Source of the DNA: an uncultured Acidobacteriota bacterium
Lineage (GTDB): Bacteria > Acidobacteriota > Vicinamibacteria > Vicinamibacterales > UBA2999
Direction of reading: 5' to 3'
Length of the DNA: 64,000 nucleotides
NCBI GenBank assembly: GCA_963731785.1
Contig: CAVSWX010000009.1
Location: 49,449-113,448, forward strand
Position 1 is the stretch's first letter, and every line of letters begins with the position of its first letter. The notes beneath the pieces are model-generated. The model saw nothing but the letters and a program-made list of their open reading frames with translations, ran no database searches and was not told the DNA's origin. The position numbers were made by a program, and so were the translations under genes. Of this stretch, positions 52,628 through 62,625 are shown piece by piece.

Positions 52628-52643
52628 AGCAAGAGGCAGGCCA
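52628..52643 (-). promoter_or_regulatory. sigma-54-type promoter upstream of the OM barrel-DUF4136-family X operon
   Basis: The minus strand reads TGGCCTgcctcTTGCT. The -12 GC is 30 nt from the ATG at 52599, with an AGGAG SD in between. Confidence 0.55.
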
Positions 52644-52854
52644 CGGTGCCGGCAGCAGGCCTGGCGGGCCGTTTGTCGCGTCATTCGCGCCGGGCACCGC
52701 CTCAGAGGGTGGCCGTCTGGCGATGGAGGGTGGCCCCGTCTGGCGATCCCTTGGTAGCGCGATGACAACATACCGTGACCGGGCGGCGCCCGGTGACGAA
52801 CCGCGTCCCCGATCAGGGGCGTAGGGCGGTCCCCGTCTTGCACCCGCAACGCTG

Positions 52855-54039
52855 ATGACCCTGCGGTGGTGCCTCGCAGTCATCCTCGGCTTGATGCCCG
52901 CCATCGCGGTCGCGCAGGAGACGCGCTCCGAGTCCATCGCCGCGGAACAGGCCGAGAAGGCCATGAATCTCGCCCCCCGCACCCCCCATTGGGGCGAGGC
53001 GCTTCTCTTGCGCTTTCAGCAGCACCTTGTCGAGCAACCATCCGGCTTTTTTCCCTATTTCGCCAGCGTCTACAGCGGCGGCGGGTTCACGCTCGGCGGG
53101 GGGTACCGCCACTTCACCGGCGACCGCACCCAGGTGAGCCTCGCGGGGTTGTATTCGGCCAAGGGCTACAAGCTGGTGGAGGCCACCGGCACGTCGCCCG
53201 GGCACCTCTCGGGTCACCTCGACCTGGGCGGCACGGCGTCCTGGCGGGATGCCACGCAGGTGGCGTATCACGGGCTCGGGATCGGCAGCCCCGCCGACAT
53301 CGACACCGCCTTTCGAATGCAGCAGGTGGTCGTGGGCGGCGACGCGACGGTGCGGTTGCACCGGTGGGTGCGGCTCACGGCCGCGACGGCGTACGAGGAC
53401 TACACGCTGAAGGATCCGACCGGGGATCTCGTCCCCGTCGAGGATGTCTTCACGCCCGCCACGGCTCCCGGCGTCGGCGTCGATCCCGCATATCTGCATG
53501 TCACGGCCTCGGCCGCCTTCGACTGGAGGCCGGCCGAGGATTACGCGCGGAGCGGCGGGCTGTACCGCCTCACTCGCCATCATTACGCCGATCGGGACAA
53601 CACCTACAGCTTCGATCGGCTCGACGCCGAGGTCGTGCAGCACATTCCGATCGTGCGGGAGAACTGGGTGATCTCGCTGCGCGGCCGGCTCGAGACGACG
53701 CTGGACGACGAGGATCAGGTGCCGTACTTCCTGCTGCCCTCGCTCGGCAGCGGCGGCACGCTGCGCGCGTACAGCAGCTGGCGCTTCCGCGATCGCCACG
53801 CGATGCTCATGTCGGGCGAGTGGCGATGGATCCCCAATCGCAGGGCGCTCGACATGGCGTTCTTCTACGATACCGGCATGGTCGCGCCCCGCCTCGACGC
53901 GATCGCGCTGGACCGGTTCGTCCACGACTTCGGCGTCGGCATCCGCTTTCACGGGCCTTTGAGCACGCCGCTCCGGGTCGAAATCGCGCGAGGCTCCGAA
54001 GGCCTGCATCTGGTGTTCGCCGCGAGCGCGGCATTCTAA
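52855..54039 (+). CDS. Omp85-superfamily (bacterial surface antigen/D15-like) outer-membrane barrel without a recognisable POTRA domain
   Basis: Signal [22 protein letters not shown]-terminal [21 protein letters not shown]...VFAASAAF. Intact 394 aa. Confidence 0.7.
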   Translation: MTLRWCLAVILGLMPAIAVAQETRSESIAAEQAEKAMNLAPRTPHWGEALLLRFQQHLVEQPSGFFPYFASVYSGGGFTLGGGYRHFTGDRTQVSLAGLYSAKGYKLVEATGTSPGHLSGHLDLGGTASWRDATQVAYHGLGIGSPADIDTAFRMQQVVVGGDATVRLHRWVRLTAATAYEDYTLKDPTGDLVPVEDVFTPATAPGVGVDPAYLHVTASAAFDWRPAEDYARSGGLYRLTRHHYADRDNTYSFDRLDAEVVQHIPIVRENWVISLRGRLETTLDDEDQVPYFLLPSLGSGGTLRAYSSWRFRDRHAMLMSGEWRWIPNRRALDMAFFYDTGMVAPRLDAIALDRFVHDFGVGIRFHGPLSTPLRVEIARGSEGLHLVFAASAAF

Positions 54040-55700
54040 TGATGTCCACACCCAGACGACTCCTGGCGCGACTGGCTCTCTGCGGGCTCCTGGCCGCGAG
54101 CCCGGCGCTGCTCGCCGGCGCCGAACGGCGTTTCTTCGACGACGATCCCTTGTCCCGGGAGCCCGACAGCCAGGATGCCTCGAACGTGCAAGCGGAGGAG
54201 ATCGATCTGATCGTCGATTTCGCGATCCACGCGTTTGGCCACCCCGGCGATCCGGCGCCAGACGTGCGCGCGCGCAACGTCAACACGATTGACGAGGTGC
54301 CGGACTCGAACTGGTTCACCAATCGTCTCCTGACCAGATCGATCAGCGCCGAGGATGTGTCGCGAGGTCCTGTCACCGGCATCGGGCCGGCACCGGGGCC
54401 GTGGGCCGTGGTGTCGCGGAAACTCGCCGGGGCCGCGCCCGGGTTCACGATCCGCGATGCGGGCGGTGACGTCTGGTTCGTCTCCTTCGACGCGGCGGGC
54501 CATCCCGAAGCCGCGACCGGCGCGATCATGGTCGCGAACAAGATCTTCTGGGCGCTCGGGTACTGGCAAGTGGAGAACCATCTCGTGACCCTGGCGCCGG
54601 CCAACCTCACCATCTCCGAGGAGGCGAAGTTCACTCCCCCATCGGGGCGGGAGCGCCGGATGGAACGGCGCGACCTCGACGACGTCTTCGCGCGGGCGCA
54701 TCGAAGCGCGGACGGCACCTATCGCGCCGTGGCCGCGCGCGCGGTGCCCGGCCGTCCGCTCGGTGGGTTCCGCTACCACGGCACCCGCCCGGACGACCCC
54801 AACGACGTCGTCCCCCACGAGCACCGGCGCGAGCTGCGGGCCCTGAAGGTGTTCGGCGCCTGGACCAATCTGTCGGACATGAAGGCAGGGAACACGCTCG
54901 ACACCGTGGTGACCGAGAACGGTCGCAGCGTGGTGCGGCACTACCTGCAGGACGTCGGGTCCACGTTCGGAACCGGCGCCAACGGCCCTCACGATTACGA
55001 CGAGGGGTGGGAGACGCTGTTCGACCGCGGGCTGACGGGGAAGCGCCTGGTGAGGCTTGGATTCGTCTTCGAGCCCTGGCTCACGGCGCCGTATGTGGAG
55101 CATCCTGCCATCGGGCGGTTCGAAGGCGACCGATTCGATCCGGAGGGTTGGCAGCCCCGTGTCGCCCCGGCCGCGTTCCTGCGGGCTCGCGCCGACGACA
55201 ACTTCTGGGCGGCCCGGCGCGTGGCGGCGTTCACCGACGAGATGATTCGAGCCGCCGTCCGGGCGGGCGGCTACTCCGATCCGGCCGCCGCGGCGCTGCT
55301 CGCCGATGTGCTGATGAAGCGCCGGCACAAGATCGCGGCGGCGTATCTCCCTGCGGTCAACCCGCTGATCGACTTCACCCTGTCAGGCGATGGCCGTCTG
55401 CGCTTCCGCAACGCGGCCGTCGACGCGGGTGTCGCCCCCGCGCCGGCCGGCGGGTACACGGCGAACTGGGCCGTCTTCGACAACCTCACGGGCGAGACCC
55501 GGCCGCTGGGGCCGGCCACCACGTCCCTCTCGAGCGACGTCGCGGCGCCGCCGCAGCTGCCGACGGCCGTCGGCGCATTCGTGCGGGTCCAGGTCGCGGC
55601 GGTCGTGCCCGCTCGAGACGAATGGACGCGGCCGGTCGATGCCTATTTCCGGCGGGCCGCCGATGGCTGGCGTCTCGTCGGGCTCGTCAGACTTCCCTAA
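54039..55700 (+). CDS. secreted 553-aa protein of unknown function with protein-kinase-like catalytic-loop motifs
   Basis: The ATG overlaps the upstream TAA (TAATG). Signal [40 protein letters not shown] (D-x-K-x-x-N) is followed 20 residues after that Asn by [10 protein letters not shown] (D-x-G). The first 391 codons of ORF 52866..55700 are an out-of-frame overlap. Confidence 0.65.
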   Translation: MMSTPRRLLARLALCGLLAASPALLAGAERRFFDDDPLSREPDSQDASNVQAEEIDLIVDFAIHAFGHPGDPAPDVRARNVNTIDEVPDSNWFTNRLLTRSISAEDVSRGPVTGIGPAPGPWAVVSRKLAGAAPGFTIRDAGGDVWFVSFDAAGHPEAATGAIMVANKIFWALGYWQVENHLVTLAPANLTISEEAKFTPPSGRERRMERRDLDDVFARAHRSADGTYRAVAARAVPGRPLGGFRYHGTRPDDPNDVVPHEHRRELRALKVFGAWTNLSDMKAGNTLDTVVTENGRSVVRHYLQDVGSTFGTGANGPHDYDEGWETLFDRGLTGKRLVRLGFVFEPWLTAPYVEHPAIGRFEGDRFDPEGWQPRVAPAAFLRARADDNFWAARRVAAFTDEMIRAAVRAGGYSDPAAAALLADVLMKRRHKIAAAYLPAVNPLIDFTLSGDGRLRFRNAAVDAGVAPAPAGGYTANWAVFDNLTGETRPLGPATTSLSSDVAAPPQLPTAVGAFVRVQVAAVVPARDEWTRPVDAYFRRAADGWRLVGLVRLP

Positions 55701-55717
55701 CTTTGGAGCCGAAGCGC

Positions 55718-56296
55718 ATGCAACCACAGTCGAAATACATCACACCGGCCATCGCGGCGGCACTGGCGCTCGGGCTCTTCGTCGGGCTCGAGGCCATGGA
55801 CGTGAAGGTCGAGCACAACAAGGCGTTCGATTTCAAGGCGGTTCGCACCTGGGCCTGGAATCCCAAGGGCGCCGGCGACGTCATCATGGCCCGCACGCAG
55901 GAGGACGACGCGGCGGCGATGAAAGCGTACGTCGACCCGCTGATCCGGGATGCCGTGGCGACCGGCCTGATGGGGCGGCTGCAGCCAGCGGCAGCGCAGC
56001 CCGACGTGACGGTCACCTACTATCTGCTGCTCAACACCAATATCTCCTCGCAGACGGTGGGCCAGTTTCTCCCGGCGACGACCGCGTGGGGAATCCCGCC
56101 GTTTCCTCAGGCGACCCAGTCGCTCAAGGTCATGAACCAGGGCTCCCTGGTGCTCGATCTGACCGCGCAGGATGTCGTCGTGTGGCGCGGCGTGGCCCAG
56201 GCGCAGATCAAGCCGGATGCGCCGACCGACAAGCGGGAGTCGCTGCTGCGCGAGGCCGTACGCGATCTGCTCAAGCGCTACCCGCCGAAGCCGTAG
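55718..56296 (+). CDS. DUF4136-like secreted protein (copy 3)
   Basis: TM/signal ITPAIAAALALGLFVGLEA. FDFKAVRTWAW..PDVTVTYY..GSLVLDLTAQDVVVWRG..LLKRYPPKP. Confidence 0.7.
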   Translation: MQPQSKYITPAIAAALALGLFVGLEAMDVKVEHNKAFDFKAVRTWAWNPKGAGDVIMARTQEDDAAAMKAYVDPLIRDAVATGLMGRLQPAAAQPDVTVTYYLLLNTNISSQTVGQFLPATTAWGIPPFPQATQSLKVMNQGSLVLDLTAQDVVVWRGVAQAQIKPDAPTDKRESLLREAVRDLLKRYPPKP

Positions 56297-56304
56297 GTGC
56301 AGCG

Positions 56305-57250
56305 ATGGCGATGGGCGACAAGGCGCGCAACCCGCCGCGCTGGCGGCCGATATCGCGGTTCCCGGGCAATGTCGATTCGCCCGCTCCGTCTGCCTGGGTG
56401 GACGTCGACTTCGGTGCCTGCTCCCGCAGGGGCCCGTCGCGCGCGGTCAACGACGACCACTACCTGGTCCTGCGGCTTGGACGGCACCAGGAAACGCTCC
56501 TGACGAGCCTCCCCTTCGGCGAAGTCCCGTCGCGCTTCGACGAGTTCGGGTACGGGATGGTCGTGGCCGACGGGATGGGCCAGCGGGCCGAGACGGCCAG
56601 CCGCCTCGCCATCGCCACACTCGCCCACCAGATGGTCCACTTCGGCAAGTGGAACCTGCGGGTCGACGAGCCGGTGGCGAACGAGATCATCGACCGGGCC
56701 CACCGCTTCTTCAAGAACGTCGATGCCGCGCTGCTCGACGCGGCCAACGGCAACCCCGCCGGGTTGCAGACGACGCTGACGGCGGTCTTCAGCGCCGGCA
56801 ACGACCTGGTCTTCGCCTACGTCGGGAATTCGTCGGTGTTCATGTTCCGTGACGGAACCCTGATGCCGCTGACGCGGGACCCATCGGCCGCCTACGCGCA
56901 GCCCAGCCCGGGAACCAGCGGCGACGTGGCCGCCGGCGCGCCCGATCCGACTTACGTCGAAAGCGAGACGCTCGGAGGGGCCGGTCTACGTCGCCCGAGG
57001 GCGGGCGTCGAGCGCTGCGGCCTCCTGGATGGCGACCTCATCCTCCTGTGCACGAACGGCCTGACCGATGTCGTGGAGGAATCTCGTATCGCCGAGACGC
57101 TCCGGCTGCACAGCACGCCGGACGATCAATGTCGCGCGCTGGTGGATCTTGCCGCCGCGTTCGGGCAGCCACGATGACGTGACGACGGTCGTCGCCCACT
57201 ATCACATCGCCGCGCCCCCCGACACCGACGACCCCGCCCACCAGCCCTAG
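56305..57250 (+). CDS. PP2C-family (PPM) serine/threonine phosphatase, cytoplasmic; frame break near 57165
   Basis: VNDDHYLV, GMVVADGMGQ, VGNSSVF and LLCTNGLTD. Then ..DDVTTVVAHY.. in ORF 57068..57250. No signal peptide. Confidence 0.8.
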
Positions 57251-57266
57251 CCGCGTATTCTCGCAG

Positions 57267-58950
57267 CTAGCGTGTGAGCACGACGATGACCGGTCCCCAC
57301 GCCGTGAGGATGATGTTCCCGATGGCATACGGCACGGTGTAGCCGAGCACCGGAAGCTTGCTTTGCGACTCGTCCTGGATCGCTCGCAGCGCCGCCGTCA
57401 TGGTGCCGGCGCCGGCGCACGCGCCGAACAGGATCAGGGGGTTCATCTTCAGGACGTGCAGCCCGAAGAGCAGCGTCACGAGATGCGGTATGAGCGCCAC
57501 CACCATCCCGACGAACAGCAGGCTCAGCCCGGTCTCGCGAAGCCCGGACACGAACGTCGGGCCGGCGGTCAATCCGACGACGCCGATGAAGACCGCAAGG
57601 CCGACGGTGTCGAAGATCCAGAGGGCCGGTTCGGGGATTCTGCCGAACGTCGGATACACCGAGCGGAGCCAGCCGAAGATCAGGCCCATGATGAGCGCGC
57701 CGCCGCTGCTGGTCAGCGTCAGCGGAAGCCCACCGATCGTGACCGTCGCCAGCCCGATGAGTCCGCCGATCACGATACCCACGCCGAGGAACACGACGTC
57801 CGACTCGCTGGACGGACGTTCGATGTAGCCCAGCGCCGCGCCGGCGCGCTCCACATCCCGCTGGGCGCCGCCGAGCCGGAGAATGTCGCCCCGGTTGATG
57901 ATCGTGTCGGGGATGAAGGGAATCTCCTCGCCACCGCGGATCAGCTTGGCAAGGACGACGCCTCGCCCGTGTTGCTGCGCCAGGACGTTGAGCGGCTGCT
58001 CCACCGCACTCTCGTTTCGTCACCACCACGTCGAGCGTGGCCATCGGAAAGCCGAGAAGCTCGGGGTCCTCGAGCTCCTCTCCGAGCGGCAGCTTCCCAC
58101 CGAGCAGCACCCGCCGCCGTGCCCCGATCGCCACAACGTCGCCCGACTGCAGAACGGTGTCCGGAGCGCCGTCGATCAGCTCCGTCCCCCGCCGGATGCG
58201 TTCCACGAAGACCCGATCGGGGCTGCCGTAGCGTTCGAGATCCGCGACGGTCCGGCCCGCCGCGGCTCCGGCGATGCGAAACGCGCGAATGCTCCATTCC
58301 TTGTAGGCCAACCGAACGGCGTCGTCCGCGGCTCCGCCTGCCGCCAGCGCCTCAGCCGCGAGTTTCCGGGCTTCTTCCTTCAGGTTGATTCGAAGCAGAC
58401 GCGGAGCCCCGGACGACAGAAACCAGATGACCAGTCCCGTGCCAACCAGATAGGTGACCGCATACGCCACCGGGATGTTGTTCTTCAGCCGCGTCTTCTC
58501 GGCCTCCGGGATATCGAGCCGATCGATCGTGTCGCTGGCCGTGCCGATGACGGTCGATTCCGTGAACGCCCCGGCCATCAGCCCCGCCGCCGTTCCGCTG
58601 TCGTAGCTAAACAGGCGCGCCGCCACGAGCGTCGTCACCAGGCTCGCCACGCAGAGCACGAGGGTGAGCGCGACCTGGGGCAGCGCGTTCTTCTTCAGGC
58701 CGCGGAAGAATTGCGGCCCCACCTTGTAGCCGGTGGCAAACAGGAACAGCGAGAAGAAGACCGACTTGACCGTGGGATCGACCTTGATGTTCAACTGGCC
58801 GATGATCACGCCCGCGATGAGCGTGCCCACCACGTTGCCCAGCTTGAACGTCCCGATGCGAATCCGGCCGATGACGAAGCCCAGGGCCAGCACCAGAAAG
58901 ATCGCCAGCTCCGGGTGTTCTCGAAGCGAGGTCAGCACGTAGCTCATCAC
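57267..58950 (-). CDS. aspT: AspT/YidE/YbjL (AAE) family transporter, likely aspartate:alanine antiporter; frame break near 58008
   Basis: MMSYVLTSLREHPELAIFLVLALGFVIGRIRIG.FKLGNV..LFLFATGYKVGPQFF, two central TrkA_C-like segments, and a C-terminal half in ORF 57267..58004. It lies downstream of asdA. Confidence 0.75.
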
Positions 58951-59059
58951 GACACCTCACACGTTGACTGCACCTGGGGGTCCGGCCGGCCTGCACGCTG
59001 TGGATGGCGTCTTGATTGAAATGGCCCAGGATCCTGCGCGAAGGGCCCTATGGAGAGCG

Positions 59060-59098
59060 CTGGAACCGGTTGCGGCGTGCGGCCACAACCGGTTCCAG
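59060..59098 (-). terminator. strong hairpin between asdA and the downstream aspT (terminator/attenuator or processing site)
   Basis: CTGGAACCGGTTG (59060-59072) pairs with CAACCGGTTCCAG (59086-59098): a 13-bp perfect stem and 13-nt loop. Each arm contains the self-complementary octamer AACCGGTT. Confidence 0.5.
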
Positions 59099-59181
59099 CG
59101 CGTACGTCCCGCGTCACTTCGACATCACGATCGACCGACCGCCGAAAGCCGTTCGTCCGAGACTCCCGCCGCCAGCTCCAT

Positions 59182-60837
59182 CTAGCGTTTCGCCGCCGGT
59201 GTGTTCCCGGCCCCGGCCGTCGCGACGCCCTTGCCCGTGGCGGCCTCATAGGCCTGCCGGTAGCCGCGCGCAATCGCGCGCAACGCCCGGCCGATGTCGT
59301 CGTAGACGTGATCGTTCAGGTTCGCGAACGAGATGCGCACTGACCAGTCCGGGGCGGCAAAGCCGCTGCCGTTGAGCAGGACGATGCCGTGGTCCTCGGC
59401 GAGCCGGAACACGATGTCGAGGGGATGCACGTTCGCCTTCATCCAGGCGACCGCATCCTCGCCGATGTTCTTGCGGGCAAAGAACTCGAAATCGATCAGG
59501 CCGTAGTAGTAGTCGAAATGCTCGTTCGGGCCGACTTCGATGCCCAACCCCTCGAGCGTCGCCTCGACCCGCTTCTTGACGATGCCGATGCAGGCTTTCT
59601 GATAGTCCTTCTTTTCGTCCATCAGCTCGCTCAGCGAGAACATCGTCATCATGACCTGCTGTGGCAACGACAGGCCCGCCGTGTGATTCAGGCCGACGTC
59701 GCGGCTGTCGGCCACGATGCGGTCGATGAAGGCCAGCTTGCGCGGCTCGAGCGTGAGCCCGCCGTAGCGCTTGTCCAGCAGCTTCTTGATCGGCTCCGGA
59801 TGCTTGGCGATCATCTCGTCGAAGATGTTGTCCTCGTGGACCGCGATCGTGCCGAGGCGCCAGCCGGTACAGCCGAAATACTTGCTGTACGAGTAGACGC
59901 CGATGGTGTTCTTCGGGAACGCCCCCATCAGCGAACGGAAGCCCGGTACGAAGGTGCCGTAGACGTCGTCGGTCAGCAGGATGAGGTCGGGCCGCTTCTC
60001 GAGGATGGCCCCGATCTTCTTGATCGTCTCGGGGGACACCGCTACGGCGTAGGGGTTGCCCGGGTTGACGATGAAGAACGCCTTGATCTTCGGGTCGAGG
60101 AGCTTTTCGAGCTCTTCATCCGGGTACTGAAACCGGTTCTCCTGCTTCGCGTGCACCTCGACGAAATGGAGGTCGTAATCCTCCAGGTGCGCCATCTCGA
60201 TGTAGGGCGTGAAGATCGGCACCCCGAGCGCGATCGTGTCGCCCTGGTTGAGGATGCGGTTGCTCTTCAACGATTTGAAGATGTAGCACATGGCGGCGGT
60301 GCCGCCCTCGACCGCGTAGATCTTGAACTTCCCTTTGGGCTTCGGGGTCCCGCACATCGCCCACTCCAGGTACTCGTGGACGATCTGTTCGTTGTGCACC
60401 AGCATCCGGTCCGGCACCGGGTAGTGGTCGCCGATGATGGAATCCACCAGCTCGTGGACGAACTTGTCGGGGTCGAAGCCGAACTTCTTCACCGCCCAGG
60501 GCACCATCTTCTGCAGGAAGGGCGCGCCCGGCATGTCGGCGTGCTTGGTGAGCCAGCCCTCGAGCCGGGCCGCGATGCCTGCGGCATTGGGCATGCCGCC
60601 GACGCCGGGCGGCAGGTCGAGCACACGCTTGCTCTCGGTGATCGCGAACTGCCCGAGCAGGAAGTAGCCCTCGCGCGGCTCGGTCGCGACCCAGTTCGGG
60701 TTGCCGCGACCAGCGTTGAGGTAGGTGAGGGAGGCTTCCTGCGCCGCCTTCGATGCCACTTTGGCAAGGAAGTCTTTGATCTCGAACGGGCCCAGCTTCT
60801 CGTACTGTTCGTACTTTCTGACCGCCACATCTTCCAT
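59182..60837 (-). CDS. asdA: aspartate 4-decarboxylase (bifunctional aspartate aminotransferase/L-aspartate beta-decarboxylase)
   Basis: AAGGAGA SD. YEKLGPFEIKDFL..LNAGRGNPNW..FIVNPGNP..YSYSKYFGCTGWRLG (PLP-Lys context). About 550 aa, intact. The ORF-track start at 60987 is too far upstream. Confidence 0.85.
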   Translation of the reverse strand: MEDVAVRKYEQYEKLGPFEIKDFLAKVASKAAQEASLTYLNAGRGNPNWVATEPREGYFLLGQFAITESKRVLDLPPGVGGMPNAAGIAARLEGWLTKHADMPGAPFLQKMVPWAVKKFGFDPDKFVHELVDSIIGDHYPVPDRMLVHNEQIVHEYLEWAMCGTPKPKGKFKIYAVEGGTAAMCYIFKSLKSNRILNQGDTIALGVPIFTPYIEMAHLEDYDLHFVEVHAKQENRFQYPDEELEKLLDPKIKAFFIVNPGNPYAVAVSPETIKKIGAILEKRPDLILLTDDVYGTFVPGFRSLMGAFPKNTIGVYSYSKYFGCTGWRLGTIAVHEDNIFDEMIAKHPEPIKKLLDKRYGGLTLEPRKLAFIDRIVADSRDVGLNHTAGLSLPQQVMMTMFSLSELMDEKKDYQKACIGIVKKRVEATLEGLGIEVGPNEHFDYYYGLIDFEFFARKNIGEDAVAWMKANVHPLDIVFRLAEDHGIVLLNGSGFAAPDWSVRISFANLNDHVYDDIGRALRAIARGYRQAYEAATGKGVATAGAGNTPAAKR

Positions 60838-60875
60838 TGTGTTCTCCTTGCCTACCGAGACATTCGAGCCAGGCT

Positions 60876-62571
60876 TCACGACAGCAGGATGATCAGGACC
60901 ATGCCCCAGATCGTCAGCAGCGTGTTGCCGACGGCGTAGGTCACGGTGTAGCCGAGCGCCGGGATCTGGCTCTTGGCCTGATCGCACACCAGGCCGAGCG
61001 ACGCCGTCGTCGTGCGTGCGCCGGAGATGATGCCGAGCGTCAGCGCATCATGGAAGCGGAACAGATACTTGGCGATGAACATCCCGAGCACCAGCGGGAT
61101 CGTCGTCGCGGCGGCGCCCCACAGGAACAGGCCCACGCCCTGCGTCTTCAGGCCGTTCACGAAACCCGGGCCGGCGGAGATGCCGACGATGGCGATGAAG
61201 ATGTTGAGGCCGACCGAGTTCATGAACCAGATGGTCGGCGTCGGGACGCGTCCGAACGTGGGGCGGACGGACCGGTACCAGCCGCCGATGATCCCCGCGA
61301 CGAGCGCGCCGCCGGCCGTGGACAGCGTCAGCGGCACCCCGCTGATGTTGAGGACCAGCGAACCGAACAGGGCGCCGATCACGATCGCCGCGCCGACGAA
61401 CGCCATGTCGGTCACGTCGGTCGCGCGATCGGGGACACCCAGCAGCTTGATGGCCACGTTGGTGTCCTGCGTGCGGCCGACGATCGTGAACAGGTCGCCG
61501 CGCTCGACCGTGGTGTTCGCCAGGATGGGGATCGAGGTCGCGGTGGCGCCGCGCGTGATCTTCCGCAGGAAGACCCCGCGCATCTCCGGCATGCTGGGCC
61601 AGTTCGGCGAGGGTCTTGCCGTCGACCGCCTTGTTGGTGATAAGGACATCGACGCCCTCCACCGGCACGGCCAGCAGCTCCCGATCCTCGACCTCGGCCG
61701 CGCCCTCACCGAGCAGCCTGACCAGCACCTCGCGAGCGCCGGCGACGGCCAGAACGTCGCCTTCCTGCAGGACGGTATCGGCGCCCGCCTCTTCGATCTT
61801 CCCGTTGCGGCGCAGGCGCAGCACGAAGACGCGCGAGTCAGGTACCAGCGCCTCGGCCTCGCTCGCACGCAGGCCCACGGCCCTTCCACCCTTCGCCACG
61901 CGGAACGCCCGCACTTCCCAGCGGCGCCACGCCGTGCCTGGTCCGCCGATTTCCTTGCTGCCGCCGCCGAACTTCTCCTCGTAGTCCTTGCAGGCGGCGA
62001 CGAGATTGATGCCGAGGAGCTTGGGACCGAGCACGGCGATCACGACCGCCGAGCCCATCGTGCCGAACATGTAGGTCACCGCGTAGGCGACCGGCATCGA
62101 GTCGATCAGCGCCTTGGCCTGATCGGCGGCCAGGCCCAACCGGTTGATGGCGTCGGTCGAGAGGCCCATCGCGGCGGAGATCGTCTGCGACCCGGAATAG
62201 AGTCCGGCCGCATACCCGAGGTCGTAGCCGACGAACTTCGCGATCCCGACGGGAACCAGCAGGCTGAACAGGCATTGGACCACCGTGAAGAGCGCCTGCG
62301 GCACGCCGGTCGTGGCGACGCCGCGGACGAACTGCGGCCCGACGCCGTAGCCGACCGCGAACAGGAACATGAGGAACACCGTCGCCTTGAGGGGCTGCGC
62401 GATGGTGATCCCGATCTGCCCGATCAAGACGCCGGCCAGCAGCGTCGCCGTGACCGACCCGAGGCCGATGCCCTTGAAGGTGAACTTGCCGAAGTAGTAG
62501 CCAATCCCCAGCGTGAGAAAGATCGCGATCTCCGGGTACTGCTTCAGTGTCGCAAAGAACCAATCAATCAT
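60876..62571 (-). CDS. second AspT/YidE/YbjL (AAE) family transporter; frame break near 61595
   Basis: [55 protein letters not shown]. The C-terminal half is in ORF 60876..61889. A paralogue of 57267..58950. Confidence 0.75.
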
Positions 62572-62625
62572 GATTTGCTCCGTTTGCCCTCTCTCAGATG
62601 CAGTGGCCGTGGGTCGCTGCCAGCG

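Noticed and set aside
52866-55700. 944-aa ORF, and the 425-aa ORF 51367..52644, as single proteins.
   Set aside because: The first 391 codons of 52866..55700 are an out-of-frame overlap of the Omp85-like gene, and the real start is the signal peptide at 54039. ORF 51367..52644 is two genes (a barrel plus DUF4136) fused because a frame break removes the barrel's ...TFGFRF stop.
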